A DNA stretch of 64,000 nucleotides from a virus (taxonomy: Duplodnaviria > Caudoviricetes): IMG/VR virus record IMGVR_UViG_3300009431_000002, positions 1 to 64,000 of that record; one strand, written 5' to 3'. Positions 31,880 to 41,048 of the stretch are shown here, piece by piece. A program made the translations under genes and the position numbers. The notes under the pieces were generated by a model. It made no database searches, was not told where the DNA came from, and saw only the letters and a program-made list of their open reading frames with translations. Every line of letters begins with the position of its first letter. The first letter of the stretch is position 1.

Positions 31880-32837
31880 CGACCGCATCATCACCCTGAA
31901 CGCCGGTGTCGGCCGTGACTCCACGACGATGCTGTGCCTGCTGTGCGAGGGCCTGCTCGAGGTCAAGGACCTGGGCACCCTCACCCCGCTCGACATCGAC
32001 GTCGTGGTGTTCAGTGACACCGGCTGCGAGTGGCCCCACACCTACGAGCTGGTGCCGCGACTGCACAAGCTGTGCACCGACAACGGCATCCCCTTCATCG
32101 TGCTGGCCAAGCCGCCGTGCAAGCCGGACCCCAAGGACTACTCCTGGATCACCCACGAGCCGTGGACCGACAAGATCGGCGGCGGCGCCTACCACTACCG
32201 CCTCGGCGTCCTCGAGGACTACCGCAGCCGCGAGACCGTGGTCTCCCTGGGCAAGGGGGACTGCACGGACAACCACAAGATCCAGCCGATCCGTAGGTTC
32301 GTGCAGGATCTGTCCGTGCAGCGCTTCGGGCTCACCAACCGCCAGTACTCCGGCGAGGTCCGCAAGGGCGTCCGGGACCCCCACGTCAACCTCATCGGCA
32401 TCGCCGCCGACGAGACGCGCCGGCTGTCCAACGCCGGCCGCAGCCCGGCCTACGTCACCGAGCTCTACCCGCTGGTAGACATGGGCATCCCCAAGGACGA
32501 CGAGGCGGCCGTGCTCTCTCAGTGGGGGCTCAACGGCGTCAAGAAGTCCGGGTGCTTCGTGTGCCCGTACCAGCCCGCCGGCTGGTGGTGGGCGCTGTCC
32601 GTGAGCGAGCCGGAGCTGTGGCAGCGCGCCGTCGAGTACGAGACCACGGCGCTGGCCCGCAACGCCAAGATGAGCGTCGCCAACGTCAAGGTCGCCGGCG
32701 ATCTCCTCACCATCGACCAGGTCGTCCATCGCTGGCGCGAGCGGAACCCGCGCGCTACTGTCGAGGCCGTCCTGGCCAAGAGCTACACCCAGTGCCCCGC
32801 CGAAGCGCGGGCTGACATGAAGGGCCTCTCCGAATGA
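31866..32837 (+). CDS. PAPS reductase-like PP-loop family protein
   Basis: AGVGRDST (PP-loop-like), FSDTGCEW, IGIAADE..R, YPL, KSGCFVCPY. Confidence 0.75.
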   Translation: MAANDDRIITLNAGVGRDSTTMLCLLCEGLLEVKDLGTLTPLDIDVVVFSDTGCEWPHTYELVPRLHKLCTDNGIPFIVLAKPPCKPDPKDYSWITHEPWTDKIGGGAYHYRLGVLEDYRSRETVVSLGKGDCTDNHKIQPIRRFVQDLSVQRFGLTNRQYSGEVRKGVRDPHVNLIGIAADETRRLSNAGRSPAYVTELYPLVDMGIPKDDEAAVLSQWGLNGVKKSGCFVCPYQPAGWWWALSVSEPELWQRAVEYETTALARNAKMSVANVKVAGDLLTIDQVVHRWRERNPRATVEAVLAKSYTQCPAEARADMKGLSE

Positions 32838-33700
32838 CCCCGTTCCTGAAGTGGTTGGGCGGCAAGGCCCGACACATCGACACCATCCACAAGCACCTGC
32901 CCGAGCCCGCCGAGCACATGCACCGCCGCTTCCGGGTCTACGAGCCCTTCGTGGGCGGCGGGGCCGTGACGCTCTCGCTGCTGGACCGCCTGTCCGCCGC
33001 CCGGCCGCCGGTCATCCGCGACCTCAACCCCGCCCTGATCCTCACCTGGGAGGCGATCCGCGACGACGTGGAGGGCGTCATCGACGAGCTCGAGCAGCTG
33101 TGTCGCAACATGACCAAGGAGGCCTACGAGCTGGCCCGCGCCGACTTCAACCACGCCAAGAAGTTGATCCCCGACCTCATCGTCCGGCCGTCGGTCGTGC
33201 TGGCAGCGTACTTCGTGTACCTCAACAAGACCGGCTTCAACGGGATGTACCGGGAGAACAAGCAGGGCAGCTTCAACGTGCCGTGGGGCCAGAGGGAGAA
33301 CGCGGGCGTGTACCGCGCCTCCCACCTGCGCGCCGTGAGCCGGGCCCTCGACGACGCGGGCGCCATCATCGAGTGTGGCCCCTTCCAGGGCGTGCTGCCC
33401 GAGATCGGCAGCGACAGCTTCATGTACCTGGACCCGCCGTTCCCGCCGACGGCCGGCAAGGAGGGGTTCACGGACTACACGCCGGGCGGGTTCAACGACA
33501 TGGACCAGCTGGAGCTGGCCGTGTTCCTGCGCAGCGCCACAACGCAGGGCGGGAAGTGGATGCTCTCCATGCCCGACCAGCCCTACGTCCGGGAGTTGTA
33601 TCGTGGCTACAACTTCCACGAGATCCAGGCCCGCCGGGCCAACAGCGCAACCCCCGAAGGTCGAGGTGTGGTCAGCGAGCTGCTGATCACGAACTACTGA
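32834..33700 (+). CDS. dam: Dam-family N6-adenine DNA methyltransferase
   Basis: FLKWLGGK, EPFVGGG, FNGMYRENKQGSFNVP, YLDPPF, ELLITNY. Confidence 0.92.
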   Translation: MTPFLKWLGGKARHIDTIHKHLPEPAEHMHRRFRVYEPFVGGGAVTLSLLDRLSAARPPVIRDLNPALILTWEAIRDDVEGVIDELEQLCRNMTKEAYELARADFNHAKKLIPDLIVRPSVVLAAYFVYLNKTGFNGMYRENKQGSFNVPWGQRENAGVYRASHLRAVSRALDDAGAIIECGPFQGVLPEIGSDSFMYLDPPFPPTAGKEGFTDYTPGGFNDMDQLELAVFLRSATTQGGKWMLSMPDQPYVRELYRGYNFHEIQARRANSATPEGRGVVSELLITNY

Positions 33701-34245
33701 TGCACGCCACGTCACCGCACCACGTCGAGTGGGAGGACCTGGATGTCCAGCACCACGACGACGGCGTCGTGACCGTCGACATCCCCGGGCGCGTGCTGCC
33801 CATCGTCATCAACGTCGAGGCCGAGGACTGGAAGCTCGACGACCACAGGTCGTTCGTCCGCGGCGTCCTGTTGCAAGAGGGCTACCTCGTCCTGCCGCTG
33901 GAGTTCGTGGGCTACGGCCGCGCCATCCAGGCTGCCAACGGGAAGTGGTTGTGGATCCACCTCCTGCTGTACGACGACATCCCCATCCACGCCATGTCCG
34001 ACGACCGCGCCGTCCACATCCGAGTCTGCTACCAGGTTCCGGGGAGCATGCGACAGGACGAGCTGGTTGAGATCCGAACCCAGCTGGGTGAGCATGAGCA
34101 TCGCCTGGCCTACAAGCTGATGGACCTGATCGCAGATGAACTAGAGCTGGGACTGCGCTCGGTCAGCGCCCGGGCCCTCCTCAAGGTCGAGGGGTGGTCA
34201 CCGGACGTCGTGGCGGAGCATGTCACGCAGGAAGGAGGAGTATGA
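33700..34245 (+). CDS. Hypothetical protein
   Basis: TGATG coupling. Confidence 0.6.
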   Translation: MHATSPHHVEWEDLDVQHHDDGVVTVDIPGRVLPIVINVEAEDWKLDDHRSFVRGVLLQEGYLVLPLEFVGYGRAIQAANGKWLWIHLLLYDDIPIHAMSDDRAVHIRVCYQVPGSMRQDELVEIRTQLGEHEHRLAYKLMDLIADELELGLRSVSARALLKVEGWSPDVVAEHVTQEGGV

Positions 34246-34613
34246 GCTGCGAACACCTGCCGACGGACGTGGGCTTCGGCTACGACGCCGGCAACATCAA
34301 GGTGACTGCGCGCTGCAACATCTGCGGCGCCAACCTGTACTACCACATCCCCCGCGACGAGTGGGGGGTCACCGACGACAGCCCCGTCGTGGTCGAGAAG
34401 TGGCAGGAGGCCGTCGATCTCTGCGACGACCTCATCGGCCGTGCCGAGGAGCTGATGGAGCCCCACGACGACATGGCCGCCAGCGCCATGGACTTCCTGG
34501 AGAGCGTTCGTGCCGACGCCGAGAGACGGCAGAGCGTCACGGACGCGCAGCTCGAGGGCATCGCCAAGTGGCGGACGGCCATCGAGAACGCGGAGGACCG
34601 GGCGTGCTACTAG
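34242..34613 (+). CDS. Hypothetical protein (CxxC)
   Basis: GGAGG RBS. Confidence 0.65.
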   Translation: MSCEHLPTDVGFGYDAGNIKVTARCNICGANLYYHIPRDEWGVTDDSPVVVEKWQEAVDLCDDLIGRAEELMEPHDDMAASAMDFLESVRADAERRQSVTDAQLEGIAKWRTAIENAEDRACY

Positions 34614-35152
34614 AGATCACTGCCCGGTACACCGAGCCGCACCGCGTCTACCACACCGTCGAGCATCCCGCACGGATGCTCCAAGAGGCCGCTAACCGCG
34701 GCATCCCCCTGACCGACACGCAGATCTGGGCCATCTGGGGCCACGACCTCGTCTACGAGCCAGGCGCCAGCGACAACGAGCGCCGCAGCGGGGAGCTGAT
34801 GGTGGAGATGCTCGACCGAGCCGGCCACCACCCCGACAAGGGCCGCATGGTCGAGCAGATCATTCTCGACACCAAGGACCACGTGCCGCACGTGCACCTC
34901 TCCGAGTTGGTCATCGACCTGGACCTGCTGGGCTTCGCCGACCTGGAGACCTCGCTGCGGAACATGCGCATGGTCCGCGAGGAGTTCACCCGCGCCCTCA
35001 AGCTGACCCACGAGCAGTGGGTCACGGGCCGCCGCGACTTCCTGCAGGGCATGCTGGAGCGCGACCCGTTCTTCGTGTCGGCGCCGTTCCGCAACCTGTC
35101 CAGCGCCGCGCGCGACAACATCGGCTACGAGCTCCAGAGGTTCCTGACGTGA
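34604..35152 (+). CDS. HD-superfamily metal-dependent phosphohydrolase (COG4339-like)
   Basis: YTEPHRVYHT...AIWGHDLVYEPGASDNERRS...IDLDL. Confidence 0.85.
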   Translation: MLLEITARYTEPHRVYHTVEHPARMLQEAANRGIPLTDTQIWAIWGHDLVYEPGASDNERRSGELMVEMLDRAGHHPDKGRMVEQIILDTKDHVPHVHLSELVIDLDLLGFADLETSLRNMRMVREEFTRALKLTHEQWVTGRRDFLQGMLERDPFFVSAPFRNLSSAARDNIGYELQRFLT

Positions 35153-35664
35153 AGGCCATGTACGCCGGGTCCTTCGACCCCCTGACCAACGGCCACCTCT
35201 GGGTCATCGCCGCCGCGTCGAACATCTTCGAGGAGATCGTCATCGGCGTCGGGTACAACCCCGCCAAGAGCGGCCACCTCCCCCTGGACCGCCGCATCAG
35301 CATCATCCAGCACGTGCTCATACGCATGGGCCTCGACGCCCTCGTCATCCCCGTGAGCACCGACACCTACCTGGTCCACAAGGCCGCCAGGCGTGGCTGC
35401 GGGGCGCTCATCCGCGGCGTCCGCAACTCCGAGGACCTGCGCTACGAGCAGATGGTCCAGGAGGTCAACCGCAACCTGGAGCCGGACGTCCAAACCGTCT
35501 TCCTGGTGCCCCCACCCCACCTCGCCAACGTCAGCTCCAGCCTGGTCCGGCAGCTCGTCGGGCCCGGCGGCTGGGAGAACATCGTGAACAAGTACGCGCC
35601 AATGGAGACCGTCCAGGCCCTGGCGCAGGCCCGTGCACGGGCCGAGGAGAACTCCAGTGGATGA
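35149..35664 (+). CDS. coaD: Pantetheine-phosphate adenylyltransferase
   Basis: YAGSFDPLTNGH, GVGYNPAK, LIRGVRNSEDLRYE, VSSSLVRQL. Confidence 0.88.
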   Translation: MKAMYAGSFDPLTNGHLWVIAAASNIFEEIVIGVGYNPAKSGHLPLDRRISIIQHVLIRMGLDALVIPVSTDTYLVHKAARRGCGALIRGVRNSEDLRYEQMVQEVNRNLEPDVQTVFLVPPPHLANVSSSLVRQLVGPGGWENIVNKYAPMETVQALAQARARAEENSSG

Positions 35665-36232
35665 GGCCATGTGGGTCCTGATCTTCGCCATCTGCAACGA
35701 CCGCTTCCTGCTGCGCCGGAAGACGCACCCTGCCCCGCAGGCTGGGAAGTGGAACGGCCTGGGAGGCAAGGTCTGCGACGACGACTACGCCGACCAGACT
35801 GCGGACCGTGACACCAAGGCGGGCTACTTCGACCTGCCGTACTACACGGCCATCCGCGAGTTCGCCGAGGAGGCCGGCGTCGACCTGCCGGGCCAGCGGC
35901 TCACCAACATGGCGACGCTGCACCTGCCGCTCGGCGAGCTCCACATCTTCCACGCCGACCTGACCGACGCCGAGGCCCAGCGCGTCGACACCACGCCGGA
36001 CAACACTGGCGAGTACAACCGCTGGTTCACCGTCGACGACGTCAACGACCTCGCCAACGAGGACCGCGTCGCCATGGACGAAGCCGGCATCGCCGTCAAC
36101 GACGACAGCGAGTGGGCCGTGGCGCACACCGTCGCGCTCATCGACCTCGTCCGCTCCCTGACCGGGGAGTGGGCCTCGATGGACCGCAGCGGCCCGCCCT
36201 ACGACCCCGCCTACCGGAAGCCGACCACCTGA
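35657..36232 (+). CDS. NUDIX hydrolase
   Basis: GKWNGLGGKV...AIREFAEEAG (with an insertion in the Nudix box). Confidence 0.8.
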   Translation: MDEAMWVLIFAICNDRFLLRRKTHPAPQAGKWNGLGGKVCDDDYADQTADRDTKAGYFDLPYYTAIREFAEEAGVDLPGQRLTNMATLHLPLGELHIFHADLTDAEAQRVDTTPDNTGEYNRWFTVDDVNDLANEDRVAMDEAGIAVNDDSEWAVAHTVALIDLVRSLTGEWASMDRSGPPYDPAYRKPTT

Positions 36233-36507
36233 TGCCTATGCAGGAGCGTGTGCAGCAGGAGATCGCGGCCGTCTGCGACGAGGTCAAGGAGCTGCTCCTG
36301 GCCAAGAACCGCGAGTACGGCAACAGTGCCTTGGAGCCTGTGCGGATCTTCTCCAAGGCGGACAGCGTCGAGCAGATCAAGGTCCGCATCGACGACAAGC
36401 TCTCCCGGCTGTCCACGGCCGGCGAGAAGACGATCACCGAGGACACGGAGATGGACCTCATCGGCTACCTGGTGCTGCTGAAGGTGGCTCAGAGGCTGCG
36501 GGACTGA
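36232..36507 (+). CDS. DUF1599/nucleotide-modification-associated domain 1 protein
   Basis: KNREYGNS...RIDDKLSRL...EDTEMDLIGYLVL. Confidence 0.8.
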   Translation: MPMQERVQQEIAAVCDEVKELLLAKNREYGNSALEPVRIFSKADSVEQIKVRIDDKLSRLSTAGEKTITEDTEMDLIGYLVLLKVAQRLRD

Positions 36508-36749
36508 TGGACGTCGTCGTCTGCCAGCAGTGCGGCCTGGAGCACTTCCTGGACCAGCTGTACGAGGAGCGCCGGAACCGCTGCGATGGCTGCGGTGCCG
36601 GGCTCCCGCTGTCCAAGCCGGTCACCGTCGAGTCCGAGACTCCCGAGGTACCACCGGAGCTGGCAGAGGCCGACTTCCTGGGCCGGATGATGGCTCACGC
36701 CTACGTGACGGAGCTGACCGCCATCACCGGCAAGGTGCTGGAGGACTGA
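36507..36749 (+). CDS. Zn-ribbon protein
   Basis: CQQC...CDGC; TGATG coupling. Confidence 0.6.
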   Translation: MDVVVCQQCGLEHFLDQLYEERRNRCDGCGAGLPLSKPVTVESETPEVPPELAEADFLGRMMAHAYVTELTAITGKVLED

Positions 36750-36750
36750 C

Positions 36751-37716
36751 GTGCTGACGCGACCAGAGCTCGTCCACCACGCCAACCGCATCTACCGGAA
36801 GTACCGCCGCATGGACCTGTCGCTCACCCTGCGGCAGCTCTACTACCAGCTCGTGAAGCTGGGGCTCATCGTCAACAAGCAGACCGAGTACGGACGCCTG
36901 GGCAAGGCGCTCTCCAAGGCACGGCTCAACGGCGACTTCCCCCTCGAGGGGCTGGTCGACCGCGGCAGGCACGTGACCCCCGACACCGCCACCCTCTACA
37001 GCGACGACGTCGACATGGTCGAGCCCGTCGCCCAAGCCTACGCGGGCGCACTGCCCAAGTGGCTGCTCGACTACGGTCGCTGGGCTGGGCAGGAGAAGTA
37101 CGTCTGTGTCCTGTGCGAGAAGGAGGCGCTCGCGGGCGTCTTCCAAAGGCCGTGCAAGAGCCTCGGCGTCTCGTTCCTCGCCTGCAAGGGCTACCCCAGC
37201 ATCTCGTCCCTCTACGCCTGGGTCCTCCAGGCGAACCAAGCGATCAACGGTGGCCAGTGGACCGACGACCGCCACCTGCAGCACTGGGCGTTCGCACAGC
37301 GCGCCGTCATCCTGTACTTCGGCGACCTCGACCCCGACGGGTGGGCGGTCCCGAAGGTCGTGAGCGACCGGGTCGGGCGCATCCAGAGCTTGACGGGCAT
37401 GGAGTTCCCCGTGGATGTGGAGCGTGTCGCGCTGAACCTGGACCAGATCGAAGACCGCGGCCTCCCACCCTTCCCGGCAAAGGACAGCTCCTCGCGGTAC
37501 AAGAAGTACGTTCAGGAGGTCGGCATCGAGGACGCATGGGAGCTCGATGCCCTAGACCCGCCCGAGCTCATCGAGATGATCCAAGACGCCATCTCGGTCC
37601 ACTTCGATGAGCACGTGCACGCGTACAACAGCGACCGGATCGAGACCCTGCGGGACGACCTCCGTCGGCGCATGCTGACAGACGGATGGTTGGAAGACGC
37701 ACTGGGAGAGGAGTGA
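36751..37716 (+). CDS. Topo VI-A/Spo11-like TOPRIM protein
   Basis: TLRQLYY helix region, CEKEAL, KGY, YFGDLDPDG, ERVAL, WELDALDP. Confidence 0.75.
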   Translation: MLTRPELVHHANRIYRKYRRMDLSLTLRQLYYQLVKLGLIVNKQTEYGRLGKALSKARLNGDFPLEGLVDRGRHVTPDTATLYSDDVDMVEPVAQAYAGALPKWLLDYGRWAGQEKYVCVLCEKEALAGVFQRPCKSLGVSFLACKGYPSISSLYAWVLQANQAINGGQWTDDRHLQHWAFAQRAVILYFGDLDPDGWAVPKVVSDRVGRIQSLTGMEFPVDVERVALNLDQIEDRGLPPFPAKDSSSRYKKYVQEVGIEDAWELDALDPPELIEMIQDAISVHFDEHVHAYNSDRIETLRDDLRRRMLTDGWLEDALGEE

Positions 37717-37718
37717 CG

Positions 37719-39098
37719 ATGAACTGGCGCTACTTCCGTCAGAAGGGCCGGCGGCACACGCTGGCCTGGCAGATCGCCGTCGCCGACGACACCGTCTTCG
37801 TCCACTACGGGATCGTGGACGGGCAGTTCCAAGACACCAGCGACACCAAGCGCCCCGTGAACGTGGGCAAGCGCAACGAGAAGTCCGCGGAGCAGGTGGC
37901 CCAGGAGAACGCCGAGAGGCAGATCCTGATGAAGCGCCGCTCCGGCTACTACGAGGTCGACGCCAAGGGCCGCCCGCTCGAGGCCGCGCCCGAGATGATG
38001 GACTTCGACGACATCCCCATCAGCCTCCGGTTCTGGAAGCCCACCAACACCCTGGGCGCCGGCATGGTCAAGAAGTTGGAGCGAGGGCACGCCTGGGCGG
38101 GCCGCAAGCGCAACGGCATGGCCTACCCGATGGTCGTCCAACCCGACGGGTCCGTGGACCTGTACAGCCGCGTGATGCTGCCGGCCCACCGCGAGGACCC
38201 GGAGACGCCGTGGAACCAGTACTTCCGCCACGTCGTGACCGAAGCCGAGGACATGGTCCGCCGGCACAGCATCCCGGGGGAGTCCATGCTCCTGGGCGAG
38301 CTGGTGGCCAGCCGCGACACCGACGACTTCTACTACGTCGAGTCCGTGACCGGCAGCCTGTGCGCCCGCGCGCAACGTCTGCAGGCCGAGCAGGGGCTCC
38401 TGCACTACTACTTCTGGGGCGTCGGCTTCTGGGGCGGCAAGCCCGCCTGCAGCCTGTGGCCGATGGGTCGGCAGTACGAGGTCCTCGAGGACCTGGCCTT
38501 CGGCGGCGAGTTCCTGCTGCCGCCCGACATCTTCTTCCCGGAGGAGATCGCTCGCTTCGTCGACAAGCACCAGACCGCCACGGCCGTCGTCGCCCTCCAA
38601 CAGGAGGCCATCGAGCGTGCGTGGGAGGGCTGGGTCGTCGTGGACCCCGAGCTCTCCCTCAAGGACCGCGCGTGGAACCTGCGGGGCAAGACCGACCGCT
38701 CCGCGCCGGTCGCCGGCAAGTGCAAGCCCATCTTCGAGGACGACTTCGTCGCCCTGTGGAACCCCGACGACGGCTACGGCAAGTGGGGCACTGGCAAGTT
38801 CCAGGGCTCCGTCGGCTCCGTGGCGCTGTACCAGTACACCACCAACGGCACGCTGACCTACATCTGCGACTGCAAGGGCGGCATCAAGGAGAAGGGCAAG
38901 GACCCCAAGGCTCCCCCCGACTCCTGCTGGCGCCACATCCTCGAGAACGTGGCCAGCTACCCGCTGGTCGTCGAGGTCCACTACGACTCCCGCACCTACG
39001 TCTCCAAGGGCGCCAAGACCGACGCCCTGTCCTTCCCGCGGATGGTCCGCATCCGCCACGACAAGGCCCCGGAGGAGTGCATCAACGAGGAGCTGTGA
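37719..39098 (+). CDS. ATP-dependent DNA ligase with WGR-like N-terminal domain
   Basis: Motif I KRNG, LLGEL, EGWVV, KCKP, C-terminal OB (SFPRMVRIRHDK). Confidence 0.8.
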   Translation: MNWRYFRQKGRRHTLAWQIAVADDTVFVHYGIVDGQFQDTSDTKRPVNVGKRNEKSAEQVAQENAERQILMKRRSGYYEVDAKGRPLEAAPEMMDFDDIPISLRFWKPTNTLGAGMVKKLERGHAWAGRKRNGMAYPMVVQPDGSVDLYSRVMLPAHREDPETPWNQYFRHVVTEAEDMVRRHSIPGESMLLGELVASRDTDDFYYVESVTGSLCARAQRLQAEQGLLHYYFWGVGFWGGKPACSLWPMGRQYEVLEDLAFGGEFLLPPDIFFPEEIARFVDKHQTATAVVALQQEAIERAWEGWVVVDPELSLKDRAWNLRGKTDRSAPVAGKCKPIFEDDFVALWNPDDGYGKWGTGKFQGSVGSVALYQYTTNGTLTYICDCKGGIKEKGKDPKAPPDSCWRHILENVASYPLVVEVHYDSRTYVSKGAKTDALSFPRMVRIRHDKAPEECINEEL

Positions 39099-39163
39099 CG
39101 ACACTGTGTCGTCGACCGCGAAAGCGGTCTACGATCCAGGGATAAGGGGTACGGAGGTGACCC

Positions 39164-39739
39164 ATGTATCGTTTCACGCTTCTCGCACTCCTGCTCGCCC
39201 TGGGGTGCACTCCGACCGTCTCGATGGAACCGGAGCCACAGTCCCACCACTGGCTCGACGATGACGACATCACGGCCGGCGACGACGACACCGTCGCTGA
39301 CGACGATGACGACGACTCGACGGGTGATGACGACACCGGCGACGACGACACCGCGGACGACGATGACGTTGGCGATGACGACTCCGCCGACGACGTCGGC
39401 ACCGTCACCGTCGACCCCGTGGAGATCGACCTCGGCGTGGTCCTCGTCGGCACCGACCGCTCCGAGATTCTGCACATGGAGGTGGTGGAGGGTGCCGGCA
39501 CGGTCGTCGTGGACATCGACGTCGCCGAGATCCTCGAGGCCGGCTTCACCGTCAATGGCTACGAGGCCGTGGTCGAACTCTCGGAGGATCCTTGGGCCAC
39601 GCCGGACTACTCGATGACGGTCATCGCGGAGCCGACCCTGGAGAGCCAGGTCGGCGTGTGGTCCGGAAGCATCTACATCGAGGCCTCACCAGGTGGCGAG
39701 GTCGTGGTGCCGGTGGTCGTGGAGGTGGTGCCGGAGTGA
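39164..39739 (+). CDS. Lipoprotein with Asp-rich GDDD repeats and Ig-like domain
   Basis: Signal peptide and lipobox LALGC; DDDDSTGDDDTGDDDTADDDD; VDPVEIDLG. Confidence 0.8.
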   Translation: MYRFTLLALLLALGCTPTVSMEPEPQSHHWLDDDDITAGDDDTVADDDDDDSTGDDDTGDDDTADDDDVGDDDSADDVGTVTVDPVEIDLGVVLVGTDRSEILHMEVVEGAGTVVVDIDVAEILEAGFTVNGYEAVVELSEDPWATPDYSMTVIAEPTLESQVGVWSGSIYIEASPGGEVVVPVVVEVVPE

Positions 39740-39745
39740 CTGGTT

Positions 39746-39775
39746 CCCCGGGGGCCCTGCGGGGGCCTCCGGGGC
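39746..39775. terminator. Hairpin between convergent genes
   Basis: CCCCGGGGGCCC...GGGCCTCCGGGG inverted repeat. Confidence 0.45.
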
Positions 39776-39780
39776 GGCGG

Positions 39781-39975
39781 TCAGGGGCTCAGCGCCATAG
39801 CCCCGAAGGACTTGCCGCACGCCGGGCACTGGCTGACCGCCCGGCCGCTGCGGCTGGGCCTCTTGACCAGCATGGCGCCGCCGCATCTCGGGCAGACGCT
39901 GTTGGCGGCTGCGGTGCCGCCCTTCTTCTTCAGCCTCTTGAGGTGGGGCGGGCTCTGCGTGCGGACCTTCGGCAT
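39781..39975 (-). CDS. Small basic Zn-ribbon protein
   Basis: CPRC...CPAC. Confidence 0.65.
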   Translation of the reverse strand: MPKVRTQSPPHLKRLKKKGGTAAANSVCPRCGGAMLVKRPSRSGRAVSQCPACGKSFGAMALSP

Positions 39976-39983
39976 GACGGCTC

Positions 39984-40628
39984 CTAGTCTTCGTCCTCAC
40001 CGAAGAACTGCGTGCCCTCGGCGTAGCCGGCGGCGACACCCTCCGCAGCGGCGGCCGTGGCCTCGGTGAGCTCCTTGTCGTTCAACTCATCGAGCTTCAT
40101 ACTATCGCGTTCCGCTGCCTCTTTGGCTACCTTTTCCTGCGCAGCCTTGAGCCGCTCGGCCTCCTCGAGGCGCTTCTTCTGGGCCTCGACGCGCTCGACC
40201 CTCGCGGAGTTGGCGCACTTGAGCAACATCTCGTCCGTGATGACGGGCGCCCAGCCCTTCGGCACCTCCTCGGCCGTGCGGCCGTCGCCGGCGAGCTGGG
40301 CCTCCAGGAGCCGCAGCCGCTGCTCGTGGTCCTCGGCGACCTGTGCCTGGACCGCCGAGTGCTCCCGGTACGCCCGCGCGATGCCGTGGAGCTTGTCCGC
40401 CACCTCGTCGATGTAGTCGCACAGCGTCTTGTCGTTGGTCGAAAAGGCGTCGTTGAAGCTCTTCATCGACTTGTTGACGTTGATGGAGATGCCGTGCACC
40501 TCCGTGCGCAACCCGTCGAGGGAGCCCTTCAACTCCTCGGCGAGCTTGAGGGCGCGCTCGGCGATGGTGAGCTTCTTCGGCTTGTCCTTGCCCTTCTTGC
40601 CGGGCTTCTTGGCGGGCTTCTTGGACAC
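39984..40628 (-). CDS. Coiled-coil hypothetical protein
   Basis: GGAGG RBS; Lys-rich N-terminus. Confidence 0.7.
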   Translation of the reverse strand: MSKKPAKKPGKKGKDKPKKLTIAERALKLAEELKGSLDGLRTEVHGISINVNKSMKSFNDAFSTNDKTLCDYIDEVADKLHGIARAYREHSAVQAQVAEDHEQRLRLLEAQLAGDGRTAEEVPKGWAPVITDEMLLKCANSARVERVEAQKKRLEEAERLKAAQEKVAKEAAERDSMKLDELNDKELTEATAAAAEGVAAGYAEGTQFFGEDED

Positions 40629-40630
40629 GA

Positions 40631-40894
40631 CTACACCTCCGCCTCGAGGATCTTGCCGATCTCGGTTTCGAGCGGCCCGACGAAGTCGTGCATCAGCTGC
40701 TCGCGCACGGCCTCGATAGCCTCCTGGCTCACCTTGGGCTCGGCGCAGTCCTCCGCCGTCAGAGCGACCTTCGGCTCCGGCCGGGCGTCGTCCACGGTGA
40801 GCTGCTCGTCCATGTGCTCCACCAAGTGATAGAAGACGGCCAGCTTGTGCTGCTTGGCCTTCAGCTCGTCCAACTTCTCCTGCATCGTCGCCAC
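40631..40894 (-). CDS. Hypothetical protein
   Basis: GGAGG before GTG at 40894. Confidence 0.6.
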   Translation of the reverse strand: MATMQEKLDELKAKQHKLAVFYHLVEHMDEQLTVDDARPEPKVALTAEDCAEPKVSQEAIEAVREQLMHDFVGPLETEIGKILEAEV

Positions 40895-41048
40895 TGCAAG
40901 TCCCTCCAGGTCGGTGCTATAAGTGGAGTGGTCGGCGTGTACGGTTCCCGGTGACGCGCGGCTGGACACCCCATCGTCGACCGGTGCGTCGTCAGCCACC
41001 CCGTGGGTTCGGGGAAAGGGCGGCGCACCTCATACCACCCTCTTTTAC

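Noticed and set aside
39255-39390. GAC/GAT tandem repeats as a mobile or contingency locus
   Set aside because: They encode the Asp-rich linker of the lipoprotein
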